This document shows positions 49,301-62,079 of a stretch of 64,000 nt of DNA, one piece after another. Location of the stretch: NCBI GenBank assembly GCA_020891255.1, contig BQFW01000006.1, positions 682,001 through 746,000 of the forward strand. Direction: 5' to 3'. The DNA comes from Entomortierella parvispora E1425. Lineage: Eukaryota; Fungi; Mortierellomycota. Below the pieces are notes generated by a model. It worked only from the letters and a program-made list of their open reading frames with translations. It made no database searches and had not been told where the DNA came from. A program made the translations under genes and the position numbers. The first letter of the stretch is position 1. The number at the start of each line of letters is the position of its first letter.

Positions 49301-51502
49301 TTCACCCTGTTCAGATAGTGGTAATGCATATGCTGATGAAGATGACCCTGAGGAGCTAGATCCCGAAGTCGCATGAACTTCATTAGACACCAAAGAAAGC
49401 GAATGAACATCCAATCCTTCTTTCGCTATGCAGCCATGTTTTCCATGCTAAAGCAGACAGTGCGACAATGTGCAAACATACCCAGCGCATGAAGAGCAGT
49501 TGTTGTCGCATTGAAGTCTACATTGGGTTGGGTTGTCCTTGCCGCCCAATGGCTCTGGGAACTGAACATGCAATCTTCCCTCGTTTGGAGATGAAACGTT
49601 GGCTAATGGTTGTCCAGCGTGGGAAAAAATAGTGAGCAGTCGGTAGGGATAGTTTGGCGAAGGAGGGGGAAGAAAGGAAAGAAACGAGGCGCTCTGGATC
49701 TTGAGAATTAGAGTGAGTAAGAAGGAAGGGTGTTAAGAATGGTTGAATGGTTCGCGGAAAGCATGCAGCGTGCAATGCAGTCGCGCCACCAACTCCAACA
49801 TAAAAAGCCCAGCCCAAAACCCCTTAAAAGACTTAACTACCCTGTCCCTCGCCCCGATGCGATTTTCGCCTTCACGGTGTTCACGCACAGAGTGACTTTT
49901 CTTAGTTTTTTTTTACTTTAAGCCACCAATTGAATTGACCTTGTGAAACTGTGTTCACGTTAGACCAATACAGTACCAGGGACACACAAATCCGTCCAAT
50001 TGGCCATCAGGTAAAAATATCGGGCCGCTCGCTTAAAAATTCTTGTCTGGGTCTGGACGTTGTTTTCAGTTGGTGGATGGGTCAAAACCACAGTTGGCGA
50101 GTATGAAGAATGGGCGGGTGAGTAGGCGACCGAGCGGAAGGTGTAGACGAGAGATGAATGGGTGAAGGATGGAGGTGGAGAGAGAGAGAGGAAAGAGAGT
50201 GGGAGAATGTTGTTGTCTTCTGGACAGGGTACACCGTGTCGCGCCCGGTCCAAAAGAAACGGTCGTAGCACAGCTCCCTCGCCACGGTCCTTTCCTCTTT
50301 CTTTTCTTCTTGTCCCTCTTCCCCCGACTTTTGTTATCTCATTCCTCCGTTCGCAACTGATTCTAACCTTGGATCCTATTGCAAACCCTAGATCCTAGTC
50401 GAGTGCTTGCACAAGGTAAGAATGCACGGCATGCCCTTCTCTGGCGTTTACACCCAGCTTCTGGGCGAGGGGATTGGGCAGATGGTATTTTAAGGGTAGA
50501 GGGTGGACAGAGATCACATCAAACCATCGTATTATGGCTATTACGTGAGTCTGGATTGATATCCAGTTACCTTGCAGTTGTTTTCATTCTCGAACCTATG
50601 CAAGCCTCGACTTAGATCCCCCCTCTGTCTCATGTGTTCTGTTTATCTACCAATCTTCCTATCTATCTCTCTATCTTTCTATTCATACTCGTGAGTGGAT
50701 GCAAGAAACTGGTCGTCGTTGGAGAGACAAGACGGGCGAGTGAGTGGTTTTGGGCTTCTCCTTTCCTTTTCGCTGTCAGAGATTTGTCTCCATGGACCTG
50801 CAGGCTGCAGCCAAATTGACCTCTTGGAAATTGGGTCGCAGCGTGGTCCGAACCAACACTCCGCCCAGACCAAGGAAGGGTGCATCCAAATTTTTCTCAT
50901 GTGTTTCTGTGCGAACACAAGCTTTCGTATCGAGTCGGTGCGAATGTTTGTCAGCCTGGGTCTCCCGTCGTCTGTCTTTCATTTACCTGTACGTGCTCCA
51001 CACCCCACAGCATTCGTTTGTGATGTTTCGGACGAGTGACTATGACACCGAGCATCGCCGTCCTCTGGTGCGTGCACATTGCAGCGAGGACTGGTTATCT
51101 AGACAGGGGGCAGTCCGCTTTTGGGGAGATAAGACAAGCAAGACCGGGGGGACGGGCTAAAAAAAGTGGTGCGTGGCACGCCTTGATGAGGGGTTTAACC
51201 CACAAATTGCGAGCGTTCGATGGGATGTGGGCGCAAAAGGATGCTTGGGGAAGGTGTTGCTGATAACAGTCCTGTCGGGGTATGTCCGTTAGAGAAAGGC
51301 GTGTTCTCATCAACTCTTTGCCGATATCATCATCGCCACCATTGTTGTTGTTGTTGATTTTCAACGTGGCCCAAGCTCTGTTCTTGTCCAATGAATGAAT
51401 GCCAATTGCTCATTCTTTTCCAACTCTTTCTCTTCTTCTTCCTCCTCTGTAATTTTGTTTTCTTCCTCCATCCCTGTAGCTTACGCGCACGTCAAACTCA
51501 AG

Positions 51503-54151
51503 ATGGTCGAGCAACACCAACGGAATTGGGAGGCCATCTCACGGTACTGCGAGCAAGTTGACCTTTGGCATCATGACGAATCTGCCTTTGGTGAGCACGA
51601 ATATGACCGTGAAAGAGCCACAGAACGATCACAGCCGCAGCGAAGTCATCGTCGCCCAAAAGAGCACATTGCTTCTCCAAGCGTTGATGCATATCGGATG
51701 AATCAGCAACATCCTCATGGACAGACCAGAGAAGCAATGCACGGTCTGTGGAAGTCCCTTGCCCAAGAGCCCCAAGCACGAGGACGGGGACAGGTTCATT
51801 GTTCGATGGCAGCTGCAGGGCAGTTTCAGTCCAAACCCGTTTTTGTATCCGTGTCCGTCCAAGATCCATGTGCCCCCAAGTGCTCATCATGTCTCCACAC
51901 CAAAGAGCCAATGGCAGTGACCGTCGAGGGTGACTGTCGAACCCAGACCTCCCCCCTGCTGCCTGCAGGTGTGGACATGGACGCAGTCTCCGATATGGAT
52001 GTGCAAGCTGGGATGAACAAGAACAGCACAAGCAGCAGGCGAATCAACAGCCAGAACAAGGCGCAAGATAGGGATCTGAGCAGGGGCATGAGCCAGTCTC
52101 CGCCCTCGTCTCCGTCCCGTTCCACAGCAGGCGAGGCTATGCTGAAGAAGGATAGCCGATTCGGAGTCGAAGCACAGGCGGGGGAAGGGGGGCAGCAACA
52201 ACCGCAGGACGGACATGGACAGGAAGCACACGCACAAGGTTCAGATGAGCCTGGGCCAGATTCGGAGTCTCATATGGCCCGTGAGCGCAATTTTATGATC
52301 TCGCAATCTTGTTCTCGTTGTTCCTGTTCCTTGGACAAGGTTGTGGACGGAGGCAAAACGGATGGGAATGCACCAACCATGGCTCTTTCCTTCTCTCTTC
52401 CTTCTTCGACCTCGCTGCCCCCCAACTTCCAACCCTCTCCACTCCCTGCTGCACCCACTATCGTCCTTCCCTCTCCTCGCATACCCACTGTCACTCACGT
52501 TTGCCCATCCTGTCGCCCTCACTCACCCCTGCAGTCACCATCCTTCCCTGCCAAGGACACACCCTCTGGCAGCATGCCAGTTGTAGCACTATCGTCCGTA
52601 ACGACACGGCTATCAATACCCAAACAACAGCAGGGATCGGTGTCGATTCCATCGCCGCACTCGCTCTCCTTATCTTCACCCACCACCCTGCAATCCAGAA
52701 CCGATTTAAATCGACTGCTGGACTCTGTTCTTGATCACGCAACCAGGATGACAGACTCTCAATCGCCACCGACAAGAGACTGCCCCGATAATGCTCGATC
52801 ATCACTAAACAGCTCGATGTCCAATGTTGTTCGTCCTCCTCCCGTCAGGCGTCTCAACAGCTCCAAAGTCAGATTCTATGTTGAAAGCGACGATGAAGAC
52901 GATGACGACACCGACAACAACGAGGGGGTTTATGAGACAAGCATACCACTGAGCATCCCGCCTTCCTCTGACACACGGAGTCTTGACGAAGACGCTGACG
53001 GTGAAGAAAGTGAATCAGATGAAAAAGACAATGATTATTTTGGCAAACGGCGGCAATCCACGCATCATGACAGGATGACTGGTGGGAATTCAAATCCCCG
53101 CTTCGAGCCTGCTGCGCCTGTGCGAAGGCAATCGCTGTTGTCGGATTTACTCATGGCAGAAAAGGCATTGGCGGCGCAGAGGGCGTCTTCAAATAAGCAC
53201 TCGAGTGCTTATTGGAGTCCAACCATGTTTTCATCTGGCGCGTCTTCTCGCTGCCACAGTGCCGGAAACTCTGACGGAGAGTCATCGTACTCTAATGCCA
53301 GTCCTCGACCGCAGTTGCACACCCCAAAGTACACAGCACCTCCAACAGGTATTGCTTCAAATGGACCCTCCTTCAATCAAGAACGGGCGAGCCGTGGATA
53401 CATGGAAGACCGTGAACCCTTGACCTTTCCTGAGCTGGACCAAGGAGGCGAAGAAAGGTGTAAAGTAAAGTCTCCGCTGACGAGGACCAAGCGGGTTTTT
53501 AGAAATTTGGACGACCTGGCCGAGCAACACAGAGTCTCTTTCCTGAACAACGACGATGGTCACAGCCTGATCAGGAGGAGCGTACCATTTCGTCCTCGCC
53601 GACCCACCATCCGACCAGGAGACGCGGGTCCTCCTCAACTCCACGACTTGATCTTGAAAACGGCGACGCTATCATCTCCCATTGGGCCTGCATCCATATT
53701 CTCCATGGCACCAGCATCACCCACCAACATCAACAACCACAACCACCACAACGCACCCATCACTCTTACGGCAGCCGAAAGTTGCCGTTGTAAAACATCC
53801 ATTGTACCATTATCACCAACAAACCTTAATAATGTTCGAGATTCATCTCGACTCACCCTCCCCACTCCCTCAAAGACTGCAACTGGATTCACCAGGCCGA
53901 GTCATACTATCAGCAAAAACAGCCAGAGCAACAGCAATGGTCAGGCCGGAGTTGTCTCTTTGTGCGATTCTACTTCAGGATGCTGTGTCCCAGCAACGGT
54001 GGCAGCAACAACAACGGCCACTTCTGCTCTTGCTACGTCAGCCACGACAACTGCGGCAGCGTCTCCAGGTTCAGGGCTCAAAGTGACGGCGACAGCCTCG
54101 GCCAGGTCGGCCATGGGCGGCATGCTCCGTGGATGGGAAAGAGCGACATAA
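51503..54151 (+). CDS. Hypothetical disordered Ser/Pro-rich protein (possibly DUF3295-like regulator), 882 aa
   Basis: Long single ORF from ATG 51503, preceded by intron-like pyrimidine tracts. Motifs SKVRFYVESDDE and PVRRQSLLSDLL. Confidence 0.65.
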   Translation: MVEQHQRNWEAISRYCEQVDLWHHDESAFGEHEYDRERATERSQPQRSHRRPKEHIASPSVDAYRMNQQHPHGQTREAMHGLWKSLAQEPQARGRGQVHCSMAAAGQFQSKPVFVSVSVQDPCAPKCSSCLHTKEPMAVTVEGDCRTQTSPLLPAGVDMDAVSDMDVQAGMNKNSTSSRRINSQNKAQDRDLSRGMSQSPPSSPSRSTAGEAMLKKDSRFGVEAQAGEGGQQQPQDGHGQEAHAQGSDEPGPDSESHMARERNFMISQSCSRCSCSLDKVVDGGKTDGNAPTMALSFSLPSSTSLPPNFQPSPLPAAPTIVLPSPRIPTVTHVCPSCRPHSPLQSPSFPAKDTPSGSMPVVALSSVTTRLSIPKQQQGSVSIPSPHSLSLSSPTTLQSRTDLNRLLDSVLDHATRMTDSQSPPTRDCPDNARSSLNSSMSNVVRPPPVRRLNSSKVRFYVESDDEDDDDTDNNEGVYETSIPLSIPPSSDTRSLDEDADGEESESDEKDNDYFGKRRQSTHHDRMTGGNSNPRFEPAAPVRRQSLLSDLLMAEKALAAQRASSNKHSSAYWSPTMFSSGASSRCHSAGNSDGESSYSNASPRPQLHTPKYTAPPTGIASNGPSFNQERASRGYMEDREPLTFPELDQGGEERCKVKSPLTRTKRVFRNLDDLAEQHRVSFLNNDDGHSLIRRSVPFRPRRPTIRPGDAGPPQLHDLILKTATLSSPIGPASIFSMAPASPTNINNHNHHNAPITLTAAESCRCKTSIVPLSPTNLNNVRDSSRLTLPTPSKTATGFTRPSHTISKNSQSNSNGQAGVVSLCDSTSGCCVPATVAATTTATSALATSATTTAAASPGSGLKVTATASARSAMGGMLRGWERAT

Positions 54152-55335
54152 GTGCAGGGACAGATCCGGTCGATGTATGCACACATGGTCGACACGGTCC
54201 AACGCACTCTTTCGGCTGGGTCGACAACGGCGCCACTGTCGACCGGCGAGCATTGCCTGTAAGAGACCATAAGACGATAGAAATAAATAAGAAAAAAAGA
54301 AAATTATTAATAAATATTCCCCGGATATCTAAATACACAAATCAAATTATATAAATCGCTGTCAGGTGCCGGTCCTCTGCTGAAGGATTGCATTGACGCA
54401 TGTGGTCCAGACAAAGTGGGGGTCACCGGCCCAAAACCTCGCAATGACGGTTCTGTGTTGACTTGACAAGACAGGGAGAGAATCCCTTCTTGACCGATTC
54501 CACAATGATAAGCTCTTTAATCCAAAGCGAACAGGTGCGACTGTCGGCAATAGCGAGTCCCCAACCATGAATTCCTTGCTGGGGAAGATAGCTGAACATG
54601 TCACTGCTTCGTACATCACCTTGCTGTACTGTACTTGTGGGAGTGTGAGGTGAAAGTGGTTGCGAGTTGAAGTTGCAACGCGACAGCTGCGCGGTGCCTT
54701 TTTTGTTGCAGTTGCGATGAAATATCATTTTAATTTTCCGGTGACGTATCCAACCGAAAAAAACCGTCTTTCTCCCCGTCTGGTAATCGGCGAAGCAGGG
54801 ACAACAGACTGGCACACAGAGAAAGAACACCACCAGACAGACACTCACAGGACACTCAGACACGACACGTCCCCCCTGGGTTCTGACTTCGCTCCTTTTC
54901 ATCATCATTGTCCATCCTTCATCCATCCTTTCATCCCGTCTTCATCCCGTCTTCATCCCCCTCCATCCCTTCATTCCCTCCCTCGGCCGCTTTGCTCGTT
55001 TGTTCGCCCCTGTGCGCATCCTGAACGCAGACCAGCCCCATCGTCACCTGTGTTGCTGTTGACCTGCCGATCAGCAAAGAAAAAAAAAAGAGCGCGCCGT
55101 TGCTTCGTTCATTGCTTACTTTCTTAACTCTCTTTCATCTGCAAGACGAGTCGAATTGCACTCGATTGACAAATAACCCCCCCTCACAAGGAGAATTCTG
55201 TAAGCAAACCACTTCGCCTCGAGTCTGCCGCCACTAGAGATCTCCATAGAGCCAGGCAAGACTCTCATCGCTGCGATCGCAATCCATGCTGACAACTTGT
55301 CCACATTTGTTTATTTCCTTACTTTTCATAGCGGG

Positions 55336-58300
55336 ATGAGCGACAAGACTCAAGCTCTGGCCAAGGCCATGCGCGAGGCTGGTCCTTCCTGTTGCAACTC
55401 TACCGCAGCTGCGAGCGAGGTCCTCACCCAGTCTGGATTCGATACCTTGACACCAGAGAACCGCGTTGCTGCCCTGGCTAGAGTCCTCGGATTGATGGTC
55501 TCCAAGTCTGCGAAATCGTGCGCAGAGATCCCATGGGACTTCCAGACCTTCACCACCGCCTTAGCCAATCACACAAAGAACCAGGGATCTGTGGACTGGA
55601 ACCTGGTCATCCAAGCACTGGATTACCCCGAGTTTTCAGTTCAGGACGCAGCAGGATTCGAGTTCATTGTCAAGGCGTTCAGGACAGCTACCAAGGTACT
55701 GACTTCTCTGCTGCTACCTGACCACATGCCAGTATACGAGCATGCTATTGCCCTTCATACCGTCAATAGGGCTTGGTCATGTACACGAGGACTTCGATTG
55801 ACAGCCACCTAATCGTTATTTTTTTTCTATATCGTTTGCTTTAGAATGGAGATCTGTTCCCTATTAGTGCACTCTGGGGACAATGGCGTAATTCTATCGG
55901 ACAGGTCTCAATGATTCGGGAGGCCATCAGAGCGCCCAAGGACCTTCTTGCAAGGGAATGGACTACAGTTGTTAAGGTCTTTACACGGGATAACTACTCG
56001 CATGCAGGCCCAGAACTCCGAAACCATGCCTCCGCAGCACTTGAGGCCAGTGTCTGGAACAGTCTTGATCTGGTCGACACCCTGATGACCCTGGCAGAGT
56101 TTGGCGATGCGCGCGAGGAAGTCAAGCCCATCTTGGACAACGGACTTCGATCCAACACGGAGCTGATGTTTCTAGGACTGGCCCAGCTCAAGACGCCATG
56201 GAACGCTTTGCAGCAGGATCTGGTTTCCAAGCTTCTGCACGTGTACTTGACAGGCTCTGGTGTCATTCCTCAGTTTGTCCAAACCAGACTCTGGCAGGTG
56301 AGCCAGGGTCTCTTGGTCTCTGGTCTTTTGGACCTGTACGATCACGACCGATCAAGCCTCGTCAAGATTCTAAAGATTACAGATGACTTGCAGGTAAACT
56401 TGCAGGGCGTGATGAAAAACTTGTTGGCATACATGTCCCTGGCGATCTGATATTGCGGATTTTGAGTCTAATTTGATATTCGTCTGTTTTACTTTTGTTG
56501 CGCCGAACAGATATTGGACAAGGTCCTTGAGGTCAAGTCTTATATTTTCGCGATTGATCTGGCTGTGTTGGCCTCTCGCCGGGACATGTTGGCATTGGAC
56601 AAGTGGCTCCAGACCCGAATCGCCGTCGGACAGGACATTTTTGCCCGTGCTTGTCTTGACTATATCAATGAGGGCATCCCCCAGGATGGTCAGGCTAAAG
56701 CCAAGAGAGACCTCCCGGTAGAGACGGTAGCCAGCTTTTTGCAGAATCTCCTTGGAAGGTATGTTTTTTCTTGTCTGATCCTATGGCTTTCTCATAGTTG
56801 ATCAAGAATTAGTGAAAAGTACTAACAGTCCTCTCATTTACTTCAAACTCCAGTCCTATTTCACCAGAGAATGCTGCCACGCTAAAGAATGTCCATGCTG
56901 CCTATCTTCAGATGTATCCTCAGTTGGCTGATGTGACCCCTGCCATCGATACTTCTGCACCTGCAGGAACCGAAACTTCATTCTCGCCTGAAGTTGAGGA
57001 AACTACCACAGACTACTATAAGCGGATCTATCGTGGCGAGATCACCATTCCCGAGATTGTGGATTTGTTGCAGCGTTTCAAAAACTCGACCGACGCGCGG
57101 GAGCAAGACATCTACGCTTGTATGATCCACAACCTCTTTGACGAGTACCGATTCTTTTCCACCTACCGCGAGAAAGTCCTGTCCATTACCAGTGACCTCT
57201 TTGGAGCGCTTATCCAACACCAGCTCGTCTCGTATATTCCCCTGGGAATTGCTCTCAGATATGTCCTGGATGCTCTGCGCAGTCCCCCTGGGTCCAAAAT
57301 GTTCAACTTTGGAGCTCAGGCCTTGAGCCGTTTCAGATTACGCTTGCAAGAGTGGCCCACCTATTGCTCACACCTTCTGCAAATTCCTCATTTGCAGCAG
57401 GTTCACCCCGAGATTGTTCAGTATATCCAGTCCATCCTGCCAGCCGCCGCCGCCGCTGCCGCTGCCGCATCAGGAACAGGCGTGGACAGTGGAGACAACT
57501 CGACTACGGACCTGACTTTGGCTCCTCCGCTGTCGGCATCTCAGGAACTCCAGAGGCAGGCTATCCAATCCTTGCCATCGTCATCTCTTTCGCCTACTAG
57601 TCCGCAGGCGCCTCCAGTCTTTACTTCGCTGAATGTCGACACCTCGTTCTTGATGCGTGACGACATTGAGTACGAGGCACCCAATGAGCAAACCAAGGAC
57701 AAGATTCTCTTTATTGTCAACAATGTCTCGCAAAACAACATTGAGACAAAGCTGGCAGAGATGAAGGAGCTGTTGCGGGAGAGCTCCTACCGCTGGTTCA
57801 GTAATTACATGGTGGTCAAGCGTGCGAGTATCGAGCCCAACTACCATGTTCTGTATCTGAAGTTCCTGGATGGACTCCAGAGCCCGTTGTTGATTCGTCA
57901 TATCCTACATGAGACGTACGCCAACATCAAGATCCTGATCAACTCTGAAAAGACCGTGCAGTCCTCTTCTGACCGCACGCTCCTGAAAAACTTGGGATCT
58001 TGGCTCGGAGGCATGACTCTGGCACGGAACCGGCCTATCAAGCACAAAAACCTTGCTTTCAAGGTAAGAAATCGAGATCCTTTATCCTGTCTCTCTGTCC
58101 TAATTAATACGGTAGTCTAGAGAACGAAGAGTACCAACATTGTACAACCGTCTTCTTTTTTTGTTTCTAGGAACTTTTGATTGAGGGATACGACAGCAAC
58201 AGACTGATTGTCGCCATTCCTTTCGTGTGCAAGGTCCTTGAACAATGCAACAAGAGCACTGTCTTCAGACCCCCAAACCCTTGGCTGATTGCCATCATGC

Positions 58301-61300
58301 GACTCTTGGTGGAGTTATACCAGTTTGCGGATCTGAAATTGCACCTCAAATTTGAAATCGAGGTGCTATGCAACAGTTTGGCTTTGGATCTGAAGGAGAT
58401 CGAACCCACGAGCACCCTGAAGGATCGACCACCTCAAGAGTTGGTTGCTCACCCAGCCTCCTTGACTCAGGACTTTGAGCGACTCTCTATGGGTGGATAC
58501 GCACCTTCAGCCAGGATGCCCGTTCAACCTGCCACACAGCAGTCTCTTACAGCCAGTCAGCATCAACAACAGCAACAGCATCAGGAGACAGTGGCGCCAG
58601 ACTTTATTCCCAACTTGGCTGCCTATGTCACATTCAACCCTCCTGCATTCTATAACGAGCGTCCTGCTCTTAAACGACTGGTTCTGATTGCAATCGACCG
58701 AGCGGTCAAGGAGATTGTTGCTCCTGTGGTGGACCGATCTGTCACGATTGCGGGCATCTCTACTTGCGAAATGGTTCTCAAGGACTTTGCTATGGAGCCC
58801 AACGAGGAAAAGATGCGGAAGGCTGCTCATTTGATGGTTCAAAACCTAGCTGGTTCTTTGGCCCTGGTGACCTGCAAAGAGCCTTTGAAGGTCAGCATGG
58901 CCAACATTATCCGGACATTGTTCTTGCAAAACGGATTCACGGAACAGACATTACCCGAGCAGTCCATTTTGATGACTGTCAACGATAACCTGGACCTGGC
59001 CTGCTCTGCGGTCGAAAAGGCAGCTATGGAGAAGGCGATCCCAGAGATCGAGGAAAGTCTCGCAAGCTCATTCAGCAACCGAAAGAAGCATCGCGAATTG
59101 ACAGGCCAGCCCTATTACGACATGGCCACATTCAATTCCTCCCGCTACCCTGCCTCGTTGCCAGAGCCGTTGCGCCTCAAGCCTACAGGCCTCACTGCTC
59201 AGCAATTGCGTGTCTATGACGACTTTGCTCGTCTGCCCAGAGTGGCCCCACCTGCCCAGCAGGCTCTCAACGGAGCTTCTCCTTACCTGACTGAGCGCAG
59301 TGTACGAACTCCTCTGATGAATGCAAAGCTGGAGGCCGAGCAAGGCTATCCATTTGGAGCAAGCGACCTTGGATACGAGAGTGCGCCCGTCCCTCTGACG
59401 GCCCATCAATCATTGGAGAAGTTTGCTCAGATCATAAGCGAGCTCGACAAGCTTATCAGCCACTCGCCTTCTGTTCCTTGGTCGGCTCTGCCCCCGAACC
59501 ACGAGGTCAAGCTGTTGACCCGATTGGTGCCTCTCTTGCCCGCACAGTCCTACAGTGCAGATGAGATGGCATTGACCTTTTCTCAAAAGGTGGTGCAGTT
59601 GTTGTACAAGTCTGAGAGCACGCTCTACCGGGAGGTGTATGTGGTGCTTTTGGAACAGCTCTGTGCGTTGTCACCCAAGGTGGCCAAGGAGGTCACGGAG
59701 TGGCTCGTCTACGCAGACGATGAGCGCAAGTTCAATGTACCAGTGACAGTGACCCTAATCAAGGCTGGCCTGGTCAGCTTGGTGGATCAAGATATGCAAC
59801 TGGCAAGATTGATCGAGATTGGACGAGCAGGCGTGGTGGAGTTTACGATCAAGTTGATCCGAGAGTGCGTTTTGGGAGAACAGCCCTGCGCAAACAGGAA
59901 CGAATTTATCAACTCGTTGAATGTCTTGAACCGCCTGGCCCAGCAGCAACAGCAGCAATTGCAACAACAGCAGCGAGGAGGATCCGCAGCGGTGGCTGGA
60001 GGAGCGACTGCAGCGGCGAGCACCAAATCGGTCGAATCAATTGTCTCGTTGATTGAGGACATTCGTCGTCGATCGCAAGTTCCTAGAGATGGATCGGCAG
60101 CGAGCGCGACATCACCTACGGCATCCTCCTCCGCAGCGGCCAACAAGGAAATGACTGACAACTCTGTGCTGAAGGAGCAGCTTGCATTTATTTTTGCAGA
60201 GTGGATCCGTGTTTACCAATTGCCAACTTCCAACGACAAGGCCTACGGGGCCTTTATCAACTCTATCCAGCAACAGGGAGTTCTCAAGGGCGAAGAAATT
60301 TCATCCCTGTTCTTCCGTGTCTGCACAGAGATGTCGGTCGAGTCCTACCTCAAGTACAAGGCTACCAATACCGCGGCGGCGTACCAAGGTGTGGATGCGT
60401 TTGTAAAGCTGATTGTGACGTTAGTCAAGCACTATTCGGATCCTCAGGGAGCGAACCATACGGCGGCCAAGGTCACGTACTTGACGACCTTGCTGTCAAT
60501 CATTGTGTTGGTCTTGGCGCAAGCCCATGAGCAGCGCAGAGGACAGTTCAACCAAAAGCCGTTCCTCAGACTGTTCTCGGGTTTGTTGACCGAGATGATG
60601 ACTGCTTACGAGTCGAGCCCGGCCATGTACATCCAAATCTTGACTGCGTTCAGGTAGGCTACTGTTGTTAATATTGGAGTCCATGCTCACATTTTCTGTT
60701 TGTAATGACCTATGGACCCCATGAGCTAATCATTTTTCTGTTGTCTTTTGGAACTAATAGCAACACGTTCCAGACATTGCAGCCCATGGTCTTCCCTGGA
60801 TTTACGTTTGGTTGGTTATCTTTGATCTCGCACCGCTCTTTCATGCCCAAGCTGTTGTTGGCGGAGGGGGCCAAGGGTTGGCCCTTGTTCCAGAAGCTCC
60901 TTGTTTCTCTCTTCCGATTCCTCGTGCCTTTCCTTTCTGGAGGGGAGCTTCGTGACACGACCCGGACACTCTACAAGGGTACACTTAGAGTCATGCTGGT
61001 GCTTTTGCATGATTTCCCAGAGTTCCTCTGCGATTACCACTTCTCGTTCTGTGATGTGATCCCGAACTCGTGCATTCAGCTCCGGAACCTCATCCTGAGT
61101 GCATTCCCCCGCAACATGAGATTGCCTGACCCATTCACGCCCAATCTCAAGGTTGACCTGTTGCAGGAAATTCATCAGCCTCCTAGGGTTCTTTCGGATT
61201 ATACCAGTGGAATCCCCCTGCCGTTCCGACGCGATCTTGATCTTTACCTCCGCATTCGGGAGGAAGAAGAGGAAGAGCATAGACAGCAGGAGTTGTCGGA

Positions 61301-62079
61301 AAAGGGTGAGGAGGAGAAGGCAGAAGGACAGGATGAGTCATCTGGCGATGTGACAAAGTCCTCGACAAAGGCCAAGAAGCTGACGACAGCGGCCTCCACA
61401 AAGTTTTTGGAAAACATTCAGGAGACGTTGGCCGTGGCAGTGTCAACGGATGCGAACCGGTCCTCTGTTGCATTGTCCTCCTCTGAGAAGGCATTGATCT
61501 CAGGAGGAACCAAGTACAACATTCCGATGATGAACGCGCTGGTGCTGTATGTGGGTGTCCAGGGCATTGCACAGTTGCATTCCAAGACGGATTCTCAGTC
61601 ATCTTCACCCATTGCCCACACAGCGTCGATGGATGTGTACCAACAGTTGTTAATGGCACTGGATCGGGAGGGTCGGTACTTGTTCCTGAGCGCAATTGCG
61701 AACCAACTGAGGTACCCCAACAGCCATACGCACTATTTCAGTCGGGTGTTGTTGTATTTATTCTTTGAGAGTGAGCAAGAGTCCATTAAGGAGCAGATTA
61801 CCAGGTAAAGAACTCGTGCCAAGCCAAGGGGGATGATGGGATGCAATCTAGCCCCAGTCCTTGTTGCTTACTCTTCTTTGCTCTTTCTTTCGTACTCATA
61901 GGGTCTTGTTGGAGCGGTTGGTAGTGAACCGACCTCATCCCTGGGGTTTGTTGATCACGTTTATCGAGTTGATCAAGAACCCCCGGTATGCATTCTGGGA
62001 CCACTCGTTCACGCGAATTGACCCCGATATCGAAAAGTTGTTTGACTCTGTCTCTCGCTCCGTGAAGCGATCGACGTAA
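55336..62079 (+). CDS. NOT1: CCR4-NOT scaffold subunit Not1/CNOT1. Exons 55336-55695, 55845-56393, 56511-56758, 56854-58063, 58171-60653, 60761-61804, 61902-62079
   Basis: [112 protein letters not shown]. All junctions are GT-AG. Confidence 0.97.

Noticed and set aside
56416-56449. GTGATGA...CTGA (C/D-box-like) in a NOT1 intron
   Set aside because: The boxes are only about 25 nt apart, too short for a canonical C/D snoRNA, and there is no terminal stem.
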